From contig OZ024756.1 of assembly GCA_964016885.1 (NCBI GenBank), forward strand, positions 37,262,001-37,326,000: DNA of 64,000 nucleotides, in the 5' to 3' direction. The notes below the pieces were generated by a model, which saw nothing but the letters and a program-made list of their open reading frames with translations, did not search any database and had not been told where the DNA came from. The translations under genes and the position numbers were made by a program. This stretch comes from Eledone cirrhosa (taxonomy: Eukaryota). Below are positions 27,801 through 42,529 of this stretch, piece after piece (the first letter of the stretch is position 1; the number at the start of each line of letters is the position of its first letter).

Positions 27801-29312
27801 ACCACCAGACCACCACACCACCAGACCACCACACCACCACACCACCACACCACCACACCACCAGACCACCAGACCACCAGACCACCAGACCAACACACCA
27901 CCAGACCACCAGACCACCAGACCACCAGATCACCATACCACCACACCACCACACCACCAGACCACCAGACCACCAGACCACCAGACCACCACCACACCAC
28001 ACCACCAGACCACCAGACCACCAGACCACCACCACACCACACCACCATACCACCACACCACCACACCACCACACCACCATACCACCACACCACCACACCA
28101 CCACACCACCACACCACCATACCACCACACCACCACACCACCACACCACCACACCACCACACCACCATACCACCACACCACCACGCCACCAGACCACCAG
28201 ACCACCAGACCACCTCACCACCACACCACCAGACCACCAGACCACTATACCACCACACCACCACACCACCATACCACCACACCACCACACCACCACACCA
28301 CCACACCACCACACCACCACACCACCACACCACCATACCACCATACCACCACACCACCACACCACCACACCACCACACCACCACACCACCAGACCACCTC
28401 ACCACCACACCACCAGACCACCAGACCACCACCACACCACACCACCATACCACCACACCACCACACCACCACACCACCACCACACCACCACACCACCACA
28501 CCACCACACCACCACACCACCATACCACCACACCACCACACCACCACACCACCACCATACCACCACACCACCAGACCACTATACCACCATACCACCATAC
28601 CACCACACCACCACACCACCACACCACCACACCACTATACCACCATACCACCATACCACCACACCACCACACCACCACACCACCACACCACCACACCACC
28701 ACACCACCATACCACCACACCACCACACCACCACACCACCACCATACCACCACACCACCAGACCACTATACCACCACACCACCACACCACCACACCACCA
28801 CATCACCACACCACCACACCACCATACCACCACACCACCACACCACCACACCACCATACCACCACACCACCACACCACCATACCACCATACCACCACACC
28901 ACCACACCACCACACCACCACCATACCACCACACCACCACACCACCATACCACCAGACCACCACACCACCACACCACCACACCACCACACCACCACCATA
29001 CCACCAGACCACCACACCACCACACCACCACACCACCACACCACCACACCACCACACCACCACACCACCACCATACCACCACACCACCACACCACCACAC
29101 CACCACACCACCACACCACCACACCACCACACCACCATACCACCACACCACCACACCACCACACCACCACACCACCATACCACCACACCACCACACCACC
29201 ACACCACCACACCACCACACCACCACCATACCACCACACCACCACACCACCACACCACCACACCACCATACCACCACACCACCACACCACCACACCACCA
29301 CACCACCACGCC
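24821..29312. repeat. ~4.5-kb octamer satellite (CCACACCA)n with CCAGACCA, CCATACCA and CTATATCA variants
   Basis: Direct inspection; source of the VVWWCGG pseudo-ORFs. Confidence 0.97.
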
Positions 29313-29739
29313 CACCAACTAACATACGACTTGTGTCAGAAAGATCTCACAGCTTACCTCTTACTTTATCTAACAGGTCTTACGTTTAGTCACTGACACT
29401 AGCATTTTATATCTATATATCTATATATATACGTGTATGTGTGTACATATATATATATATATACACGTGTGTATGTATGTGTATATATATCTATACGTGT
29501 GTCTGCGTGTGTGTGTATATATATATATGTGTATATAAGTATATATATGTATGTATATTTATATATATATATAAATAAGAAAATGTATAAAAAGTGGTAA
29601 TGGGGGGGAAATTTTATCATTAACATGGTGAAGGGAGAGGGAGAGGGTGATACATAAAGGGGGAGGGGCGTTGTTGTTGTTGCAGTTGAGGGTGATGTTG
29701 ATGATGATGATGATGGTAGAAGTTGAAGGGGAAATGACT

Positions 29740-30620
29740 ACGGTGGTGGTGGTGGTGGTGGTGGTGGTTGTGGTGGTGGTGGTGATGATGGTGGTGGTGG
29801 AGGTGGTGGTGGTGGTGGTGGTGGTAGTGGTGGTAGTGTTGGTGGTAGTGATGGTGGTGGTTGTGGTGGTGGTGCTGGTGGTGGTGCTGGTGGTGGTGGT
29901 AGTGGTGGTGGTAGTGGTGGCAGTGTTGGTGGTAGTGGTGGTGGTGGTTGTGGTGGTGGTGCTGGTGGTGGTGCTGGTGGTGGTAGTGGTGGTAGTGTTG
30001 GTGGTAGTGGTGGTGGTGGTTGTGGTGGTGGTGCTGGTGGTGGTGCTGGTGGTGGTAGTGGTGGTAGTGTTGGTGGTAGTGGTGGTGGTGGTTGTGGTGG
30101 TGGTGGTTGTGGTGGTAGTGGTGGTAGTGTTGGTGGTAGTGGTGGTGGTGGTGGTTGTGGTGGTGCTGCTAGTGGTGGTAGTGGTGGTAGTGTTGGTGGT
30201 AGTGGTGGTGGTGGTGGTTGTGGTGGTGCTGCTAGTGGTGGTAGTGGTGGTAGTGTTGGTGGTGGTTGTGGTGGTGGTGCTGGTGGTGGTGCTGCTAGTG
30301 GTGGTAGTGGTGGTAGTGTTGGTGGTGGTTGTGGTGGTGGTGGTTGTGGTGGTGCTGCTAGTGGTGGTAGTGGTGGTAGTGTTGGTGGTAGTGGTGGTGG
30401 TGGTGGTTGTGGTGGTGCTGCTAGTGGTGGTAGTGGTGGTAGTGTTGGTGGTGGTTGTGGTGGTGGTGCTGGTGGTGGTAGTGGTGGTAGTGTTGGTGGT
30501 AGTTGTGGTGGTGGTGCTGGTGGTGGTAGTGGTGGCAGTGTTGGTGGTAGTGGTGGTGGTGGTTGTGGTGGTGGGACTGGTGGTGGGGGCGGTGGTGGGG
30601 GCGGTGGTGGGGGCGGTGCT
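29740..30620. repeat. (GTG)n compound microsatellite
   Basis: Direct inspection. Confidence 0.9.
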
Positions 30621-30836
30621 GGGGAGAGTAAAGGAACGCAGTCAAGAAGTAAGCAGAAATGATTAAAAAAAAAAAAAACAGGGCTAGACTTACTTCTGTT
30701 CTGAGAGATTTAGGGGTCGTAAGGGTTGGGGGTGGGATGGGGGAGAAACAGAGATGGGATGACATAGCATGAGATGGGATTAGGGTGGGGGGCTGCTACT
30801 GGTGCAGGGGTGGTGTTGGTGTTGGTGGTAATAGTA

Positions 30837-30869
<33 letters not shown>

Positions 30870-30967
30870 AGAAACACAGACATATATATATATATATACG
30901 TATGTGTAAATACGTACACATATATACATATACATATATCTATATATAAAATGTCTGTGTATATATG

Positions 30968-30998
<31 letters not shown>

Positions 30999-31264
30999 TT
31001 ATATATGTATATATGGTGTATGTATGCAAATGTAATAAAGATATATAAACTTAGTGTCACACTTATGTGTATGTGCGTATATACGATGTATATGTATATA
31101 TGTACATATATATACATCCGTGTACGCACATCCGAACGCGCGCCTTGTGTGTGTTCGTAGACATACATGCATACTTATATATATATGTATATATATATAT
31201 ATATTATATATGCATTCATATACAAATACACACACTTATACACATATATATATAATATACTATA

Positions 31265-31413
<149 letters not shown>

Positions 31414-31570
31414 CATATATAATATACATATATATATCTACAAGCATATATATGTGTGTATATATACATATATATATACATACATATATACACATATATA
31501 TATATGTGTATATATATATATATATGTGTGTATATATATATATATATATGTGTGTGTATATATATATGTG

Positions 31571-31601
<31 letters not shown>

Positions 31602-33132
31602 ATATATATATATGTGTGTGTATATATATATGTGTATATATATATATATGTGTGTGTATATATATATGTGTGTGTGTGCGTGTCTCAAGGCTACATCAGT
31701 CGGCATCAGCAGTGATATTGAATATCAGAAACCCACGTGCCTATGGAGGAGCGGGTGGAGGAGATGTTGGGTGGCTGAGAGAGGGGTTAGGATAGGTTTG
31801 GGATGTAGTGTAGGAACGGCTGAAGGGGTTGGTAGTGTGGTGGTGGTAGTGTGGTGGTGGTAGTGTGGTGGTGGTAGTTTGGTGGTGGTAGTGTAGTGGT
31901 GGTAGTACTAAAGTGGTAGTTTGGTGGTGGTAGTACTAAAGTGGTGGTAGAGTGGTGGTGGTAGTTTGGTGGTGGTAGTACTAAAGTGGTGGTAGTGTGG
32001 TGGTGGTAGTTTGGTGGTGGTAATGTGGTGGTGGTAGTACTAAAGTGGTAGTTTATGGTGGTAGTACTAAAGTGGTGGTAGTGTGGTGGTGGTGGTGGTT
32101 TGGTGGTGGTTTGGTGGTGGTTTGGTGATGGTTTAGTGTCAGTGTGGAGGTAGTAGTAGAGATGGTGGTGGTTTGGTAGTGTGGTGGTAGTGGTGATGGT
32201 GGTTTAGGTGGTGGTGTTGTTGTTGTTGTGGTGGTGGTGGTGGTGGTGGTGGTGGTGTTATGGTGGTACTACGCTGGTATTGTGGAAGTGTTGGAGTGTG
32301 CTAGTGGTATGGAGGTAGTGTGCTGGTGTAGTGTTGTTTGTGATGGTGGTGACTTGGTAGTATGGCGGGGGTGGCTTTAGAGATGGGGGTGGTAGTGGTG
32401 GTGGTTTTGGTGGCGGTGATGATGATGGTGATGGTGGTGGTGTTTGGGAGTGGGGGGGTAGAGGTGGTGTGCTGATGAGGGCAAAATGTGTAAAGTAAGA
32501 AAGGGTGAATAAAGGGGTGGGTGTGTGTGATAGAGATGAGACGTGGTGGTGGGGTGGGTGAGGTTGGTGTGTGGGTGGGGGTGGGGTTATGGGGGGGCTT
32601 TGAGGGACCGGGGTGGGGGATAGTTGGGTAGACGCAGTGTAGGGTTGAGTGTATGTGTGCGTCTGTGCGTGTGTGTGTGTGTGCGTCTGTGCGTGTGTGT
32701 ATGTGTGACTGTGTGCCTGTGCATGTGTATGTGTGTCAGTGTGTATGTGTGCGTGTGTGTGTCTGTGTGTGTGTGTCTGTGTGTGTATGTGTGTCTGTGA
32801 GTGTGTGTGTGTATGTCTGTGTCTGTGTGTGTGTGTGGATATCATATGTAACATACACATACATATATTTAGCTGTGTGTGCAGGATCACACACACACAC
32901 ACACACACAAACAAACACGCACGCACAAACACACACACAGACACACTCATACTCAGAGATACATACCTGCACACAAGCACGCAAACAGTGTCATACGCAC
33001 ACATATACATAGCTCTACACACGCACGTACTCTATACAGAAACGTTTCGTGTCCAGAAACCGAAATATTTTGTATGTTTTATTGACCATAGACTCTTGGT
33101 TTTTCCTGTAGTATATATACAACATTATATAT

Positions 33133-33460
33133 TGCAGCATAGAGTTACGGCCCGTTACGATCTGAGTCCAAATCCGGCCGAGGTTAACTTTGCCTTTCAT
33201 CCTTACGGCGGTCGATAAAATAAAGTACCAGCAATATACTGGGGTTCGATTTAAGCAACTTTTCCCTTCCCAAAAAATGATGGCCTTGTGCCTATATATG
33301 AAACCATTATATATTGCAGCATAGAGTTACGACCCTTTACGGCCTGAGTTCAAATCCCGCCGAGGTTAACTTCGCCTTTCATCCTTACAAGGGTCGATAA
33401 AATAAAGTACCAGTGATACACTGGTTAATTGCTGGCCTTGTGCCAATAGTAGAAACAATT
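33133..33460 (+). mobile_element. Two head-to-tail 5'-truncated SINE S1 copies (33133-33308, 33313-33460)
   Basis: Both begin at TGCAGCATAGAGTTACG, preceded by the same CATTATATAT. Confidence 0.85.
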
Positions 33461-33550
33461 ATATATATATAAAGATATATATATATATATATATATATCT
33501 TTATATATATATATATACATATCTATATATATATATATATATATATATAT

Positions 33551-33608
33551 TTAGTCCAGAATTAGCCGTCGACACGGCTTGAGCTCAGCCGTAGGGGTCT
33601 TACTCGTT

Positions 33609-33612
<4 letters not shown>
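33551..33612 (+). mobile_element. Family A single arm (no tail) in (TA)n
   Basis: TTAGTCCAGAATTAGCCGTCGACACGGCTTGAGCTCAGCCGTAGGGGTCTTACTCGTTCCTA. Confidence 0.8.
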
Positions 33613-33676
<64 letters not shown>

Positions 33677-33812
33677 AGTCTGTTTGAAGTCAGGAGGCTT
33701 ATGGCATGAAGCGACTGAGAGTATAAGACTTCCCCCTAGATAGGACGCAGTGTTAAACCCCCAGGAACTGAAATGAAGAGTTTTGCTCAAGAACACGCAA
33801 CCCAGCCCAAGA

Positions 33813-33875
<63 letters not shown>

Positions 33876-33986
33876 TAAAAGGAATTCCAACTTTGTCTGA
33901 TTTACTCGTTTTATTTACAATCCTTTAAAATTATAATGGTATTAGAATGAAATAGTATGGTAGAATATTAAATGTTAAGTGTTAAT

Positions 33987-34025
33987 TGAACAAGTACTTT
34001 CATGCTTTCGCAATCTTCAGGTTCA
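33987..34025 (-). ncRNA. Minimal type I hammerhead ribozyme motif
   Basis: Minus strand TGAAC-CTGAAGA-t-TGC-gaaa-GCA-t-GAA-AGTACT-T-GTTCA: 5-bp stem I, GNRA-capped stem II, palindromic stem III. Confidence 0.8.
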
Positions 34026-34231
34026 TATTCTGTGGTGACAGTCAAGTTTGCAATTTTCAACTATAATGAGATGGGTAAATTCTGTGCCTTATATACAGTA
34101 AAAAGGGGCCGTTTCGACAGCTATTTTTAAACAGATTTCAGATTCGGGGTCCTGACTCTTTTCCTATATATATATATATATATATATATTCATATATATA
34201 TAGAGAGAAATGGCTTCTACAGGGACTAGAA

Positions 34232-34289
<58 letters not shown>

Positions 34290-34291
<2 letters not shown>

Positions 34292-35995
34292 CACCACCAC
34301 TACATCTACCATCATACCACCACCACCACCACTACATCTACCACCACCATCACCACCAACACCACCACCACCACCACCACTACTATCACCACCACCACCA
34401 CCACCATCACCACCACCACCACTACCACCACCACTACTATCACCACCACCACCACCACCACCACCACCACCACTACTATCACCACCACCACCACCACTAC
34501 TATCACCACCACCACCACCACCACCACCAACACCACTACTATCACCACCACCACCACCACCAACACCACCACTACTATCACCACCACCACCACCATCACC
34601 ACCACCACCACCACCACCACCACTATCACCACCACCACCACCACCACCACCACCACCACCACCACCACCACCACTATCACCACCACCACCATCACCACCA
34701 CCACTATCACCACCACCACCACCACCACCACCACCACCACCACCACCACCACCACCACCACCACCACCACCACTACTATCACCACCACCACTACTATCAC
34801 CACCACCATCACCACCACCACCACCAGCAACATTCCCCTTTCACAAGTTACAGAAAATGATTCCAGTGGCAGTGTCAGGTTGTGTGGTGGCTGGGTGGGG
34901 GTGGCGGGTAGGGGTAATGGGTTATGGGGGAGGGGGTTGTAGATACCACTCGTCATAGGTAAGTTGGTATGTGTGGTGGAGTGGTGGTAGGAGTAAAAGA
35001 CAGAGAGAGAGAGAGAGAGAGAAGATAGATATAGGTGAGAGGATGGCTTGGTGTTGGATAGGAACACAACTACCACCAAACACATACATATACCCCTGCC
35101 CCCACTACCACCACCACCAGCACTACCACTACTACCACCACCACCAGCACTACCACCACCAACAACTACACTACGACTACTACCACCACCACCAGCACTA
35201 CCACCACCAACAACTACACTACCACTACTACCACCACCACCAGCACTACCACCACCACCAGCACTACCACCACCAACAACTACACTACCACTACTACCAC
35301 CACCACCAGCACTACCACCACCAACAACTACACTACCACTACTACCACCACCACCAGCACTACCACTACCAACAACTACACTACCACTACTACCACCACC
35401 ACCAGTACTACCACCACCAACAACTACACTACCACTACTACCACCACCACCACTACTACCACCACCACCAGCACTACCACCACCAACAACTACACTACCA
35501 CTACTACCACCACCACCAGCACTACCACTACCAACAACTACACTACCACTACTACCACCACCACCACTACTACCACCACCAACAACTACACTATCACTAC
35601 TACCACCACCACCACTACTACCACCACCACCAGCACTACCACCACCAACAACTACACTACCACTACTACCACCACCACCACTACTACCACCACCAACAAC
35701 TACACTATCACTACTACCACCACCACCACTACTACCACCACCACCAGCACTACCACTACTACCACCACCACCAGCACTACCACCACCACCAGCACTACCA
35801 CCACCAACAACTACACTATCACTACTACCACCACCACCACTACTACCACCACCACCAGCACTACCACTACTACCACCACCACCAGCACTACCACCACCAC
35901 CAACAACAACAACAATGCTACAACCACCACCACCAGCAACAACAACTACGACCAGCACCACCACTACCATCATCATCATCATCATCATCATCAAT
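34290..35995. repeat. (CAC/CTA)n compound microsatellites with higher-order units
   Basis: Direct inspection; explains the poly-His/Pro/Gly pseudo-ORFs. Confidence 0.9.
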
Positions 35996-36219
35996 AGCAG
36001 CCATCGTCACCACCGGCACCACCTTACCCCCCTCCCCCCCCCACGACCACACTACCTCCCCCCTATCCTCCCCCCACCACCCCATAGTAACAGCTGCACC
36101 CTTCATGAGTGTTACCATCATTTTTTAAATACGTTAGGGGTTTCTTGAATAGCAGAAGGAATATATTACACACACGCACGCAAACACGTATATATAGCAC
36201 ATTTTTAACATGTATATAT

Positions 36220-36253
<34 letters not shown>

Positions 36254-36408
36254 ATATACACGCTTATATATATGTGTGTGTATATATATTTATTAATATA
36301 TATATAAATATATATATATTTATTCATATATATATATATATATATATATATACGCTTATATATATATTTATTAATATATATATATATATGTATATATATT
36401 TTTATATA

Positions 36409-36492
<84 letters not shown>

Positions 36493-36580
36493 CGCTTATA
36501 TATATATTTATTAATATATATATATATGTATGTATATATATTAATATATATATATATATTAATAAATATATATATATTTA

Positions 36581-36646
<66 letters not shown>

Positions 36647-36832
36647 GAGAAAGAGAGAGAGAGGGGGAGAGAGAGAGAGATATGCAGACAGACAGACAAA
36701 CAGACAGATAGAGAGATAGACAGGGGGATAAGATAGAGACCTAGTTTATAACAATGCTCCTACGAGAATTACATACCGACCTGACACCACCACCACTAGT
36801 CCCTAACCCCTGCCAGCACCTCTATCACCAGC

Positions 36833-36928
<96 letters not shown>

Positions 36929-37073
36929 AATAATAATTATGAAAACCAAAATCCGAAGAGTTTCAGAAGATCCTGGAATAGGGAAAAAGCAACGATTCTT
37001 TGCTTAGACTTTAATCTATAACAAATATATACATATATATATATATACATACATATATATATATATATATGTT

Positions 37074-37122
<49 letters not shown>

Positions 37123-37190
37123 GAAAGGTATAGAAAGTATTGTAGCAAGAAGCCAACAGTATTCCACACACATATATATATATATATATA

Positions 37191-37366
<176 letters not shown>

Positions 37367-37500
37367 TACATACATATATATATATCCGAGGTCAACTTTG
37401 CCTTCCTCCCATTCAACTTCAAAAAAAAAAAAAGTACCAATCAAGTACTGAGGGCGCTTCTTCCTCTACATCTCTCTCTCTCTCTCTCTCACTCTCTATC

Positions 37501-37945
37501 CTTCTCACACGTCAAACACTTTCACAGCCAGCTACCAAACCATCTCACACGTCAAACACTTTCACAGCCAGCTACCAAACCTTCTCACACGTCAAACACT
37601 TTCACAGCCAGCTACCAAACCATCTCACACGTCAAACACTTTCACAGCCAGCTATCAAACCTTCTCACACGTCAAACACTTTCACAGCCAGCTATCAAAC
37701 CATCTCACACGTCAAACACTTTCACAGCCAGCTATCAAACCTTCTCACTGGTCAAACAGACTTACAAACCATTCCATTTGTCAAACAGTTTCACAGCCAG
37801 CTACCAAACCATTCCATTCGTCAAACAGTTTCACAGCCAACTACCAAACCATTCCATTCGTCAAACAGTTTCACAGCCAGCTACCAAACCATCTCACTCG
37901 TTAAACAGATTTACAGCCAGCTATCAAACCATTTCATAGCCAGTT
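37501..37945. repeat. 40-bp minisatellite, ~11 units
   Basis: Unit C(T/A)TCTCACACGTCAAACACTTTCACAGCCAGCTA(C/T)CAAAC, contiguous with no spacers, degenerating to the right. Confidence 0.92.
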
Positions 37946-38142
37946 AAAAATCACCACACGAAGAAAACAGATGACATCGGACTCATTGTTTATCAGATAC
38001 CAGGAATACCAGGAAAATAGAAAAAAGTCAATAGAAAAAATCTAGAACTAAAGAAATATTGAGGCTCCAGAAGCCACAAACGTAAAAGTCTGAAGGAATT
38101 TATAACACTCACCAAGATCTTCAACTGCTTACACAATATAAA

Positions 38143-38420
38143 AGGACGTGACTTAGTTTTAAGATGTTCAGCTCACGATCATAAGGCCATGGGTTCAAAT
38201 GCCGACAGTGCATTGTGTCCTTGAGCAAGACGATCTATTTCACGTTGCTCCAGTCCACACAGCTGTATCTGTAATACAAACAACCAATCTCATCATATAT
38301 TGTATCATGCTAAATCCTTCTGGAAAATACGTTAGGAGTACACGTGCCTATGGAATGTTCAGTCATTTGCACATTAATTTCACGAACAGGAACACTCGTC
38401 GTCGTAACGGACGGAGGACC
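38143..38420 (+). mobile_element. CORE-type tRNA-derived SINE
   Basis: tRNA-like head (GGGTTCAAATGCC) followed by TGTGTCCTTGAGCAAGAC...TATTTCACGTTGCTCCAGTCCAC. Confidence 0.75.
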
Positions 38421-38598
38421 AACAAATAAATCAATGAATAAATGGAGTAGCCGCTATATGGACGATGGATCGACAAGAAATGGCAGCCAAGTCTCTGTGT
38501 ATTGTCCTACCTTAATTAAGCGAAGGCATGATATGTGTGAAGTACAATAGATTCCTACGTTGTACCTGGTCGTCCAACCGACAATTTCAGGCCATGAT

Positions 38599-38767
38599 CA
38601 GGGCCTATAAGAGTGGAGGGGGTCCAGCCGGTACTTTGTTCCGGAGCCCAAGAGCTAAGAAAGCCCCACGGCAACCATACAACATCCATTTTGAGAAAGA
38701 TCTTTGCTTGCTTCGGGTCCCAATGGGGTCTTGTACCGACTTGCAGAAGTTCTCTTGGGGGGCCCTG
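38599..38767. mobile_element. hAT-like MITE
   Basis: TIRs CAGGGCCtataAGAG / CTCTtggggGGCCCTG; 8-bp flanks GCCATGAT / ATCATGAT (6/8 identical). Confidence 0.6.
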
Positions 38768-38816
38768 ATCATGATTCAGTTGAGTCATAGCAGACCGAGG
38801 GTCAAACAATAACAAT

Positions 38817-38852
<36 letters not shown>

Positions 38853-39186
38853 ATTTACATCACAACCATCACTACCACCATTATCCCCAGCACCACCAGC
38901 ACTACCACTACCACCACCACCACCACCACCACCACCACTACCACTACCACCACCACCACCACCACCACCACCACCACCACCACCACTACCACTACCACCA
39001 CCACCACCACCACCACCACCACTACCACTACCACCACCACCACCACCACCACCAAAGCCACCGAAACACTACACTACTTTTTTTTGTTCAGCAGGAAATT
39101 TCATTCATGAGAAAGCTACTTTTCACCCCCCCCCCCCCACACACACTTACACACACATACATACATATACATCATCATCATCATCA

Positions 39187-39244
<58 letters not shown>

Positions 39245-39351
39245 TGCATATATATATATACATATATACATACATGTATATATATACACACATATATATA
39301 TATATATATATATATCGTAACAGTTTAAGCTTGACCATCGACCACATTTAC

Positions 39352-39460
<109 letters not shown>

Positions 39461-39534
39461 CATGTGCGTGTGTGTATGTTTATGGTTGAGTGTGATTCTG
39501 TGTGCGTGTTTGTGTGTGTGTTTGTATAAGTGTC

Positions 39535-39598
<64 letters not shown>

Positions 39599-39601
39599 TA
39601 T

Positions 39602-39636
<35 letters not shown>

Positions 39637-40078
39637 CCAGATGGAACCGTTCCAAGTATTAAACATCCAGTTCACTGTCATGCTTTACTCACCTTAATTT
39701 CATTCTTTCTTTCCTTCTCACTTTCTTTCTTTATTTCTTTCTCTCTTTCTTTCTTTCTTTCTTTCTTTCTTTCCTTCTTTCTCTCTTTCTTTCTTTCTCT
39801 CTTTCTTTCTTTCTTTCTTTCTATCTTTCTTTCTTTCTCTCTTTCTCTCTTTCTCTCTTTCTCTCTTTCTTTCTAACTGTGAGCTTAACACCCTAACCAT
39901 TAAGCTACGCGCCTTCACATACATACACACATACAGACATACATATATACATACATATAGACATACATACATACATACATACATACACATACATACACAT
40001 ACATACGTACATACATACACACACACAACCACTCAATCACATACACTCACACAAATATAGACACACAAACACCAATAC

Positions 40079-40146
<68 letters not shown>

Positions 40147-40160
40147 AGAGAGAGAGAGAT

Positions 40161-40205
<45 letters not shown>

Positions 40206-40223
40206 AGGAGAGAGAGAGAGAGA

Positions 40224-40266
<43 letters not shown>

Positions 40267-40821
40267 TCAAACACAAACATACAGACACACAACCACAAAC
40301 ACAGAAAGAGAGAGAGGGAGTTACACAACCACAAACATACACACCGACATATATATATACAGTATATATATATACATACATACATATACATATAATTATA
40401 ACCATCCCCATACATGTTAGATTAGATCACTGTGGGTGTAAACATGGTCGAATGGTTTGTCAGAATATATGACAAGGATGGACAATTGAATTAGAAATAC
40501 AGTCATCTGACAGGCTTCCACACAAATTTCATTCACAAGGCTTGGCTTGGCTCGCCTCCAGACAAGAATAAATGGAAAAATGACGCATGTTCCACGATTC
40601 CAACAGGATTGCTTGGCCATATTTTCTTTATTCTCAACGTTATTCAACACACTGCTACCACCACCACCACCACCACCACCACCACCCGCCACCACTGCTA
40701 CCACCACCACTACCGCCTCCACCACCGCCGCCGCCACCGCGGCCATGCTATCATCTAGTCGGTCCCTATAAACATCAAAAACATACTTATACTCACATAT
40801 ATATATATATACACACACAAA

Positions 40822-40885
<64 letters not shown>

Positions 40886-40892
<7 letters not shown>

Positions 40893-40945
40893 GATGATGT
40901 CACCTGATTCATATTGAACCCGGTCATTGAAATGATCATAGTATA
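40886..40945 (+). ncRNA. Hammerhead ribozyme motif with long stem II at the 5' edge of a TA-inserted element (to ~40995)
   Basis: TATAC-CTGATGA-(31 nt including ACC..TTCA-tat-TGAA..GGT)-GAA-ATGATCAT-A-GTATA. Confidence 0.7.
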
Positions 40946-40989
40946 ATAAACCTTTCAAGGATTTACACCTGTCCAGCCTCCTGTTATTT

Positions 40990-41036
<47 letters not shown>

Positions 41037-41246
41037 CAAAATTAAGATAGATCAAAATAAATTTAATCTAAATCAAATTTAAATCAATATATATACATTA
41101 TATTAACAAATACATTATATACATTTTATTAACAAATGGAAACTATATTTATAAAACCATATTTATTTCATTATACATATTTCAAGGGCCACCAAGGCAT
41201 CCCAACAAATTAAACAAGGCATCCCAACAAATTAAATATAACCTCT

Positions 41247-41301
<55 letters not shown>

Positions 41302-41439
41302 AGCAAAAGGGATATTCAATTTGTTGGTAATTCAACAAATATAAATGATTATAACTGATTTAGAGCACTCAAAAAATTTTCTGGAGTATAATATTCAATG
41401 ATATTAAATAAATGGCAACTATATTTATAAAACCATATT

Positions 41440-41500
41440 TATTCTATTATATATATTTCAAGGGTACCAAAACTTTGGTACGCTTTCATCAGATAAAATA
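41440..41500 (-). ncRNA. Hammerhead ribozyme motif (family D, left arm)
   Basis: Minus strand TATTTTAT-CTGATGA-AAGcGTACCAA-agtt-TTGGTACcCTT-GAA-ATATATAT-A-ATAGAATA. Confidence 0.8.
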
Positions 41501-41644
41501 CAAAGTTTGTTTTATAAATTTTGACATAACCAAGAAAAATACCTTAACGGTTCAAGTTTTTCTTGGATAGTCCAAGAAAAACTTGAAGAAAATATCCAAG
41601 AAAAACTTTTCTTGGTTATGTCAAAATTTATAAAACAAAGTTTG

Positions 41645-41705
41645 TATTTTATCTGATGAAAGCCTACCAAAGTTTTGGTACCCTTGAAATATATATAATA
41701 GAATA
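41645..41705 (+). ncRNA. Hammerhead ribozyme motif (family D, right arm)
   Basis: 8-bp stem I (TATTTTAT/ATAGAATA), CTGATGA 41653-41659, GAAA 41686-41689, palindromic ATATATAT stem III. Confidence 0.8.
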
Positions 41706-41749
41706 AATATGGTTTTATAAATATAGTTGCCATTTATTTAATATCATTG

Positions 41750-41791
<42 letters not shown>

Positions 41792-42114
41792 CACCTACAG
41801 ACACCCCTCATATATATATAACAGCGAGAAGCATTTGTGTGATGTGTGTATATATATATATATATAGATATATATATGAGGGGTGTCTGTGGGTGGGTGT
41901 CTGTCTGTCTGTCTGTGTGTCTGTCTGTGTGTCTGTATGCAAATAATGTTGAGTAGTATTTGTGTGATGTGTTGTGTATGTCATGCTATAGTGAAATAGT
42001 TAACTGATTCATTTCTACTACACCTGACTGTGCAACCACTCCAACTGGAAATCACCCCGGTGTGTGTGTGTGTGTATGTGTGACTGTGCGTGCGTGTGTG
42101 TGTCTGTCTGTGTT

Positions 42115-42159
<45 letters not shown>

Positions 42160-42215
42160 CAGGTGAACTACTCATTATCATAATAAACAACCACATCCTG
42201 TAACTGATAGGTAAG

Positions 42216-42288
<73 letters not shown>

Positions 42289-42413
42289 TATATATATATA
42301 TAATTATATATACATATATAATTATATATACATATGTGTTTATCCCGGGTTCAATCGGGGGTAACCACAGTAAGTAAGGCACTCAATGAATCAGTTCTAG
42401 TCCTGTAGAACCT

Positions 42414-42529
<116 letters not shown>

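Larger units (their letters stand above)
41321..41752 (-). mobile_element. Fold-back TA-inserted element family D (~146-bp arms, ~70-bp tail, one hammerhead per arm)
   Basis: 41393-41538 is the near-perfect reverse complement of 41607-41752. Tail 41321-41392; (TA)n flanks. Confidence 0.85.

Noticed and set aside
24821-29312. Octamer array as telomeric repeat
   Set aside because: The unit is not TTAGGG-like, and the array is interstitial and variant-rich.
37501-37945. 40-bp repeat array as a CRISPR
   Set aside because: Units are contiguous with no unique spacers, there are no cas genes, and the context is eukaryotic.
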